Source: Salisapilia sapeloensis CBS 127946 (taxonomy: Eukaryota; Protista; Oomycota). From it: a stretch of 52,275 nt of DNA. Below are positions 1 through 8,454 of this stretch, one piece after another. Location: positions 1-52,275 of the forward strand of contig JAADVB010000126.1 of assembly GCA_023334545.1 (NCBI GenBank), read 5' to 3'. The stretch's first letter is position 1. Every line of letters begins with the position of its first letter. Both the position numbers and the translations under genes were made by a program. Under the pieces are notes generated by a model, which saw only the letters and a list, made by a program, of their open reading frames with translations, did no database searches and had not been told where the DNA came from.

Positions 1-204
1 CTCCCATACACGCCACACCAGGTCGCGGAGCGGGATAGCTGCTCCCACGGCAGTTTCGAAACCCTTCTGACCAGAAATACGAGAGCAGCAGAAACAAAAC
101 CTATACTTTTCTCCATAGAGCTTTTATTTGTAGTTGAGTGTCCATTTATCTTCCAGCTTCACGTCGATTTGTAACTTCGAGCCCAGAGGAAGATATTCGA
201 TAAC

Positions 205-2460
205 ATGAGTTTGTGGCGTCTCACACTCACGCTTTTGTTAATTTCGCTCGCAATTTTGCCATGGCGCCTGGATGCTGGTGAATCTAAAAACTATAAGACA
301 AAGTCTGGTCTCCGACCTTGGGTGGATCCCGACACACCTAAAGATAAGCAAACGTACAGAACGTCACGCGGAGAAAACTGGGAGCTAGTCATGTCGGACG
401 AGTTTAATACTCCAAATCGAAGTTTCAAGCCGGGAGAAGACCACATGTGGACGTCGCTCGAAAAACCGGACGGTGTAAATGGTGCTCTCGAGCTGTATTC
501 TCATAACATGACATCCACTGCATGCGAGCGAGATGAGAATGGCAAAGAAATTTGCTATTTTTATATTAAAACGGTGGACGAAGTGAATACGATCAACATT
601 TACAATGCCTACTTGAACCCTCCCGGCTACGAAGACGTGGATTTCTTCTACCGAGCGGCGATGGTGCAAGGATGGAACAAGTTCTGCTTCCAAGGTGGAA
701 TGATTGAGGTGAAAGCACAACTTCCAGGTGCCATTGATCCGAAATCTGGTAACCCCGACTTGAATAAGGGCCCTAACGGATGGGTCAAAGCAAGTGACTA
801 TTACCCGACTTGGCCTGGTATTTGGATGCTTGGTAACCTCGGCCGAGCGATTTTCACCGCATCAACAAGTCGCATGTGGCCATTTTCGTACGACGAATGC
901 AACGATGAGATATTTGACTCAAAGAATCAGCGTATCAGCGCGTGCGATGATGATCCAGGTTTCGGTTTAAACCCGAATCAAGGCCGAGGAGCTCCTGAGA
1001 TTGACATCTTGGAAGGAGGAGGCACTCACATCTCGAGCTCTTTGCAGGTAGCTCCAGGCATGCCGACGAACTTTAGACTCTTTCCGGCAGATGTAGATGG
1101 TGTGGATGCAGCGAATCCGTACTGTGTCTACTCGTATGATTGTAAGACGCCTGGTGCGAACTACATTGATGTACCGACGAACTACTACATGAAAGAAAGA
1201 GGACACAAGAGCTGGTATCAAGGACTACGATATGCTGCCAATAACTTTTGCGTGAGTGAACCAGATCTGAAGCAAAGTTATGAATCTGTCTCTCAGTCTG
1301 TGGAAAAAGGGATTGATAAAAATTCATGCTCCGTGTCTACTTGTCCTGCATCCTTCGATGTAAATGCAAATCTAGGGCTCATTGATGGTGTTGGTCCAGA
1401 TCACTGGGGTATCAACAAAAACGGTACTTGCTACCCCGTGATGAATTCGTACATGGGAGCTTATTTGTGTGATCCGGACAACACGAACAAACTGTGCGCA
1501 GATCCTCGGGACCCAAACACAAAGCCGAGCAAGACAATGGAACCATTTAATTATCAAATGGATGCCATTTCTTCCAATTGGCCTGTACACGTAGGAGCGT
1601 ATACAGGATATCTAGTCTATCAAATCGAGTGGGTTACTGGCACAAAAGGGTATACAAGATGGATGCTTGCGAATCATGTCCTCTTTGAAATTACGTCAGA
1701 GGCGTTTTCGGACGTTCCACAAGATAAAAAGAAGTCGAATCCGTCGAAGAAGCAGCTGGAGGAACCCATGTACTTGATATTCAACGTAGCACTCTCTAGA
1801 TCATGGGGTGCTGTACCTCCCAATGCTGGTAGCCCATGTCGCGGTGATGGAACTGACGAGAAAACGAATGCTATTTGTGAATCGTTTCCCATGTACATGA
1901 AGGTGGACTATGTACGATTGTACCAAGACACGAGTGAAAACCTCAAGGATGGCTCTTTGATGCAAGTGGAATGCGACCCAAAGACCCATCCGACAAAGGT
2001 TTGGATCGAAAAGCACTTGGACGAGTATGAAGATATAGATAATCGCTGGGAGAAAGTGGATGGCAAGGGATTTTGCAGAGACGATGATGATTGTACGCTC
2101 GGAGGCGAAAACTCTCGTAAGTTACTGGTAACTGGTAGATGCATCAACGGTCGATGCAAGTGCAAGCATACAGAGTCTTGGAGTGGACCACGCTGCACGA
2201 CTGCCTTGGCAGAAACATCCTCTGATCTTTCTGATCGCGTATACGGACCTCCATGGGGACTGACGATTGGGATCGGCCTCATCTCACTATTCCTTACAGC
2301 CATTTCGATCTGGCTATCGTATCGTGCGACTGCAGCATCGATGAACAAACTAGAGAAAGCACAGGAGACGAAGCAAGCAGCTCTACAGGCTGAGAGGAGC
2401 GCAAACAATGTAGAGTCCTCAAGGATCATGCGAGATAACTACCACCAAAACTTCATCTAA
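205..2460 (+). CDS. Beta-glucan synthesis-associated KRE6/SKN1-family (GH16-like) protein with signal peptide, EGF-like module and C-terminal transmembrane helix
   Basis: 751-aa single-exon ORF. Hydrophobic N-terminus (MSLWRLTLTLLLISLAILPW). Family motifs WELVMSDEF, GWNKFCFQGG, TWPGIWMLGNLGRA, GRGAPEIDILEG (GH16 ExDxxE) and MKVDYVRLYQ. Cys-rich CINGRCKC...WSGPRC, then TM LTIGIGLISLFLTAISIWL. Confidence 0.9.
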   Translation: MSLWRLTLTLLLISLAILPWRLDAGESKNYKTKSGLRPWVDPDTPKDKQTYRTSRGENWELVMSDEFNTPNRSFKPGEDHMWTSLEKPDGVNGALELYSHNMTSTACERDENGKEICYFYIKTVDEVNTINIYNAYLNPPGYEDVDFFYRAAMVQGWNKFCFQGGMIEVKAQLPGAIDPKSGNPDLNKGPNGWVKASDYYPTWPGIWMLGNLGRAIFTASTSRMWPFSYDECNDEIFDSKNQRISACDDDPGFGLNPNQGRGAPEIDILEGGGTHISSSLQVAPGMPTNFRLFPADVDGVDAANPYCVYSYDCKTPGANYIDVPTNYYMKERGHKSWYQGLRYAANNFCVSEPDLKQSYESVSQSVEKGIDKNSCSVSTCPASFDVNANLGLIDGVGPDHWGINKNGTCYPVMNSYMGAYLCDPDNTNKLCADPRDPNTKPSKTMEPFNYQMDAISSNWPVHVGAYTGYLVYQIEWVTGTKGYTRWMLANHVLFEITSEAFSDVPQDKKKSNPSKKQLEEPMYLIFNVALSRSWGAVPPNAGSPCRGDGTDEKTNAICESFPMYMKVDYVRLYQDTSENLKDGSLMQVECDPKTHPTKVWIEKHLDEYEDIDNRWEKVDGKGFCRDDDDCTLGGENSRKLLVTGRCINGRCKCKHTESWSGPRCTTALAETSSDLSDRVYGPPWGLTIGIGLISLFLTAISIWLSYRATAASMNKLEKAQETKQAALQAERSANNVESSRIMRDNYHQNFI

Positions 2461-2885
2461 CTTGACTTGAATACAAGCAATTCACGGTCTTTTTATATAT
2501 ACACTAATGTTATTTGATCACAAGTCACTACTGGACGACCTTTCGATCTCTAGTCGTACTCGAGCACTTTGTCTTCGATGGAGGTTGTCCAGTCTACACA
2601 GAGCGAATGTGCTACTGACAAGTTAACTCACCTTAGTACACAAGAGCTGGGAGAGCTTCGATCGGTACTTTTTAATATGATTAAAATCTTACAATATAAT
2701 TCGACATATCCTAGTAGATCTTTATGTATTTCGATTCCGACCACGACGGCATCATATCTCCAAAATATGCTTCCAGGATCTTTAAATTGGTAGTCTCTAC
2801 ATGTTCATTTTAGTACATGCGATGCTATGTACAAAAAGCGGGCGAAGACTTATACGTTATTAACTTTGCGCAGCTTGGTCTTGAC

Positions 2886-3752
2886 ATGAACTTCGACTCT
2901 TCGACTCAAATACAAGATGTCCATTGGGATGGTATAACATCCACCTCTAATCGGTGTATGTCAACCAACTGAATGCGTTTCCAAGCAGATTTCATTGGAA
3001 TGGTAAATAGCCACGTGCTTGAGACTGGGAAGGATGCAAACCAGCAAAATGAAGAGGACTCGTCCGCCAGTTTAAAAGATGGGACTGAAAGGGTGAACGC
3101 GTCTAGCCTTGCATCATCTTCCACTGGTCCAAGCAAGAAGACTGTATCTTATTATGAAGACGATGACTCAGATGACGAAGGCCCTCCTCCGCCTAGTGAA
3201 GCGGAAATTCTTGCTGCCAAGATGGCAGCATGTGAAGCAGAGTGGAAAGTATTGGACCCACATGATAGAGGACAGTTGACTCTTGAGGAGTTTCAGTCAT
3301 TCTTAACGAGCTGTGGAACTCATCAATCGATCACTGACTTGGAACGATTTTTTGAGCTGTACGGGAACTACTCGTAAGTACGTTCATCTTAACGTTTAGT
3401 GAGCCACAAGTAACCGTCGTTTGATAGCATTGAAGACGAAGACGAAGAGGACGAGCTTACCATATCAAAAAGCCAATGGCTGTCATTTCGATACGAGTAT
3501 GCGCTGCAAGATTGCCGCGAGGATGAAGAAAGAGAAGAACGAGGAGCGTTAGGTAGTTTTCCAGAGTCTCTCGCTTTCGACAATGATCGTCTAAACGATA
3601 ACAACACCGACTTAAACGGAACGATCCAACCACCTGACGCGGAAGTGGCTTCGATTCATAAAGATAGCATAAGCCTCCAGAGTGAGACCACTGTAGAAAT
3701 GACCACCGACACAAACCTTCATGACTTCAGCACCGATGGCGTAGACAATTAG
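2886..3752 (+). CDS. Acidic EF-hand-like protein (spliced, about 251-259 aa)
   Basis: ATG at 2886. Intron 1 ends at AG 2988, with donor at 2932 or 2956 (both phase 1). Intron 2 is 3374-3427 (GTAAGT..TAG, 54 nt) and restores frame into EDEDEEDEL...; stop TAG 3750-3752. Degenerate EF loop DPHDRGQLTLEEF. Confidence 0.65.
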
Positions 3753-3931
3753 GAGGCACAAACACGATCAACATGATTCTTGTTGCCAAATTCGCTTCAT
3801 TCATTATATGACAAGCCTGTCGCTAGCAAAGGGGCACGAGCATGTATGCAAACGCTAGTCCAGTTCGATCAACTTGCCTCCTTGCGCCTTCGACTACGCC
3901 CTACAGTCCATTCGAACACACTAAACAAAGT

Positions 3932-6655
3932 TTAAAAGGCCATGTGGAACGAACTTGGTGGCGTGATCTGCGCCACTTTGCAACGATCGGCCTTGGAATA
4001 CCGTTTCTTGATCACCGCGAGCTCCGACGTCGGTGCCAGTGAAAACAAAGTCTGCAGCTCACCCATGCACTCCTTCAAGTCACGCCAGGTCAACTGCGTC
4101 GCATCCGCCAGTTCCCTCGTCATCGGGTACCCTTCGACCGTATACATGGCCATGGACAGGCAGCAAGTGGCGACGACAGACGGCCTGTAACGTAGGAACT
4201 GGTGCTCTTGTAGCGTCAGCTCTAGTAGATACTGCGCCAGCATCGGCGTCTTCTTCTGCATCGGAGGGATCATACGCTCAAAAACATGCAAGAGGTCGAG
4301 CGCGGTCGGAACCGTCAACGAGAACTGGAGCGTCGTCAACAGTTTCTCTTCCATCTGCAGCACTTCACTCGACGTATAGACATTGTCGGCACACATAGCC
4401 AAGTCTTCCACACCAATGTACGAGACATCTTCGCATTTGGATGCGACGTGAAGACACGTTGCGCCGAGTAGCTGGAACTGATTCTTACGCACGAGTTCTT
4501 TATCGAGGAACCTGTCGGTGTAGTTCACAGCCAAGAACGCCGTGCGTAAACACATTTCAAAGACATCGACGACTTCAATGAGCCAATCGACAAGCATCGA
4601 TCGATGCGACGGACGCAACGTCCGCTGTCGATGGAGGTACTTTGTCTCTTTCCAATTCTCTGCTTCTGCCTGTCGCAAGAAAGCATGGTACAACTCAACA
4701 TGCTCGGGGGTAGAGCATCCTTCTCGCATACGATAGACGGCATCGCCCATCTTGATTTTCGGAGACAGTCGCGGCATTTCAGGAGACACATCTTGGAAAT
4801 ACGGATGACGCAGTGCTTGTTCAGCAGAGATACGTTCTTCCGGATTGTACAAAAGCAGTTGCTTCATGAGATCCAGACCTTGCGGAGATATGGTAGGAAA
4901 GAGTCGATGGAAGGGTTTTTGACGCCAATTCGGGAATTTAAAGTCATAATTCGGAAGTGACGTGAAGCCAGGCCAGGACTCCGAGTTAGGTGTCGACAAT
5001 TTGCTGAAGATCTGGAAGAGCTGGTCGATCTCCGAGATACCAGTGAACAATGGACGACCTTGCGCCATCTCGGCAAAGATACAACCAGCGCTCCACACGT
5101 CCACGGCACTTGAGTACCCTCGCACACCCATAAGGATCTCAGGTGGACGGTACCACAGCGTCACCACTTCCATCGTGTACGTCCGACGAGGGATCCCAGT
5201 GGCCCTCACGAGTGCAAAGTCGGACAGTTGGAGCTGCGCATCTTCCAGCGTATCTGGATGTTCCGTCTCAACGAGCAAGTGCTTAGGCTTGAGATTTCGA
5301 TGCAAGACACCTCGGCGATGGCAGTAGGCCATGGCATCTAGCAATTGGTGCAGTAGCCGACGAATGACAGGTTCCGGAAGCACTCGACCACCATTTGGAT
5401 CTCCCGTCGGGTTAATCAGCTCATGCAGCGTCTTGTCGACGTACGGGAAGAAGACGTGGAGCTCATCATTGGCCAAGCTCACGAGTTCTAGACTCGCGAT
5501 GTGGTCGTGTCGCATGCCTTGAAGGACTGCGAGTTCACGCAGCATGTAGTACGGGACACCTTCGCCTTTAGGAAAGACGCGTGCTTTTTTCATGGCTAAA
5601 ATCTTGCCGGAAGATCTTTGTCGGCACTTGAAACACGTTCCCTCGGTGCCTTTGTTCTTGACACCAAGGTTTTGGAAGTTGAGCCAATTGACACTTCCAT
5701 CTTGTTGGAGGTCTGATAGAGCACGACATAAGGACTTTCGATTCGTGAGTTCACGCCAACGCTTAGAAACACAAGCAAGATTTAACAGGTCTTCGGAGGA
5801 AACGAGAAAGGAAAAGATGTGCAGGATCATGTCCACTGGCTGCATATCGAAATGCTCCGAAGTGGGGATGGGAGACGATGTCGGCACGTCATTCGACGAT
5901 GTTGAGGCGATAACTGTTGATTCCAACTCCTCGTCTTCTTGTGCAGCCGGAGATGCGATGACGATTTCACGACGCACGAGTTTGTTGGCGCGATGCTCGA
6001 CGGCACGGTCGGACGGTTCGATGGAGAAGCCACCTTCATCGCCAGCGTTTGGCTCTTGGCTGTTGAGCACATGCTCTCGAGCGTAGACCGTCGAGGCTTC
6101 ATCCGTCGACATGTCTTCGTCAATTGTATCGTCTGTTTGGGTCTTGGAAGCACTTCGTTTTCGTTTGCCATTGCCTAGAGCAGACATTTAGCAACTATTG
6201 TCAAGTGGAAGAGTGTACAAGATGCTGGAAATACCTTTTGGAATACGAGAGACGGATGCTGTGGAAGAGGAAGAAGTGGAGCGAAGAACGAGAGGAGGAG
6301 GAGGTTTCTGCGCCTCTTTCGACATTGGAGCTTCCTCCACATGCATTTGAGCTCGAGTAGGCTTTTGTTCCACTACTCTGGTATCATCCGCCTCGACTCG
6401 AGGACTGGAGCCGACGGAATTATCGAGCGACCAATTGGATTCGGCATTGGAAGCAGTCGACGGAGACCTCGTCGGCCCTGCCCGAGGTGTGTGACCTCCC
6501 ATGGCGACTAGTATCGGGTTATCCCCTTCGTTTTTATTGGCCAGAGCTACCGAAATGGAGGTTGACACACCGGAATCGCTGGAAGAAGGCGATGGTGATG
6601 GTGCTCCAACAGCACGTCGTTTTCGAGCAGGTGTATCCTGTTGCTTTCGATTCAT
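3932..6655 (-). CDS. F-box + CDK1/2-like pseudokinase + cyclin (A/B-type) fusion protein, 887 aa
   Basis: ORF 6188-6655 joins ORF 3932-6187 through a 60-nt GT-AG intron (6175-6234, phase 1). F-box QPVDMILHIFSFL..DLLNLACVSKRWREL. Kinase motifs GTEG, AMKK, EGVPYYMLRE, HRNLKPKH, SDFA, YTMEVVTLWYRPPE. Cyclin box HRSMLVDWLIEV...QLLGATCLHVASKCED plus a C-terminal cyclin fold. Confidence 0.92.
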
Positions 6656-7036
6656 ACCAGTAAGAACGTCGTCTGGCTAATCTTAATAACAACGTGACTC
6701 CGAAGCTTATCACGGTCCAGTGTGGATGATTTCAGGACACAATACAAATCGTACGAAAAGGCAGGAACAAGTACTAGCTACAAGTCTCTTTCTCGCCTAC
6801 TAGTCTATCAGAGATTGATATACAAGATTAGACACACGTAGGAGGTAAAAGGGAAGAGGTAGACGTACTCTTTGTTGCTAAAATCGAACGTACTTTCCTC
6901 CTTGTACTGTATCGATGTCGAATGGCTTTTTCTTCCGGTTCGACTCGGAAGGGCTATTCTGTAGAAAGATATCATCCTTTTGACTTGTGCATTGTATGGG
7001 GGAAAAGCCATTTGGTACTCAAGTACTTAGTACGGG

Positions 7037-8423
7037 ATGGACGAGTCTGTGCGTCGATGTGAAGTCTGTGGTGGACATGGAAAGGAGCTATTGATTAATC
7101 CGCATAGGATATGCAGACATTGTGCTCGAGAGACGAAACGATTCTTTGATCCAGACACGAATGTCTATACCCGAGATGATGGGTTCATCGACATCTCACC
7201 GAAAGTCGATGGAGGCGTCCTAAAGAAAGTGATCAAGGAAGGGAAGGCTGGAGCGAAGCACATTGAGGAAGGATGTCCTACTCGTGTGCAGTACATTGGT
7301 CGGCTCATGGACGGGTCTATTTTTGACACAACGAGAGACGAGGTCGATGGCAAGCACGTCGGCGGTACGGACGATCCGTTCGAGTTCCATTTGGGACGAG
7401 GAAAAGTGATTGAAGGATGGGACATTGGTGTCGCTACGATGCAGCCTGGAGAAATCTCTCGCTTCATCATATCGCCTCAATACGCCTACGGATCGCAAGG
7501 CTTCGCTCCTAAAGTATGAAGTATCGATCGTATCGAGAAGAGATTAATACTTATGATGCTCTAGGTGGAACCAGATGAGACGCTGGACTTTGAGATTGAG
7601 CTCGAGTCCTTTAAAGTAAGCCATTCCATCTTGTACTTATAATCAGTCTAGTAACGAGTATGTGTAGGATCCACTGCCAAAGTTCCCGACGCAAGAGGAG
7701 ATCGCTATGAGCCGTAAGCAACAAGCAGAGGAAGACCGGAGGATGCTAGAGGAGAATCCACCTCCAACCGTCGATGAACGCATCACAAATGCAACGAAGG
7801 AGAAAGAAAGAGGAAACACACATGTCGCGCAAAAAGAATATGAAGAAGCCCAAAAGTGCTACGACTCGGGCTTTGTCAACATCTTCTACTCGAAGGAAGA
7901 GTGGGAGAACCTCTTATCTGATGAAGAGCGTAGTCGAGTGAATCAGATCAAACTCGTCTTGTACTTGAATCGAGCATTATGTAAGCTAAAGCTTGGTAAG
8001 ATCGATGAAGCCGAGTGGGATGCCGACCAAGCCGTCACTTTGGACAAGGACAATAGCAAAGGACAGTTCCGAAAGGGTCTCGTCTTTCTAGAGAAACTCA
8101 AGCGAGAGCTAGGTAAGGAAGAGCGAAAGGAGTTTTGGATTCTAGACAAGGGCTTCCAGTACGCCCAGACGGCAGAAGCTTGTTTCACCAAGACAGGGGA
8201 ACTCACCTCCGCTTCCGATGCAAAGCTTCTGCGTGCTCAGCAAGATCTGAAGCGTCAACTAGCTCTTCTCCAAAAGTGTAAGAACAAGTACAAGCAACAG
8301 GAGAAGGAATTGTACAAGGAAAAGATCTTTGATCGGATGGAAAGAGCGAATCGAATGAAGCAAAAGAAGGAGCAACAGCATGCGCAAGAGCATGAATTCG
8401 ACGATATGCCGCCACTTGAATGA
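7037..8423 (+). CDS. FKBP-type peptidyl-prolyl isomerase with TPR domain (large immunophilin / Hsp90 co-chaperone-like), 427 aa
   Basis: Introns 7514-7564 (51 nt) and 7616-7667 (52 nt). FKBP motifs VQYIGRLMDGSIFDTTR, FEFHLGRGKVIEGWD, YAYG, TLDFEIEL. TPR motifs KERGN, LYLNRALC, KGQFRKG. Confidence 0.9.
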
Positions 8424-8454
8424 GGTGAATACAAGCCAAATTACTCGTTTGTTC

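Noticed and set aside
2569-2793. 74-aa + strand ORF between the KRE6-like and EF-hand genes
   Set aside because: Non-ATG start, AT-rich, no motif; more likely terminator/promoter DNA.
6932-6951. Hairpin CTTCCG-GTTCGACT-CGGAAG resembling a tRNA T-arm / Pol III B-box
   Set aside because: 8-nt loop, and no acceptor stem, D-arm, anticodon arm or A-box could be built; not a tRNA.
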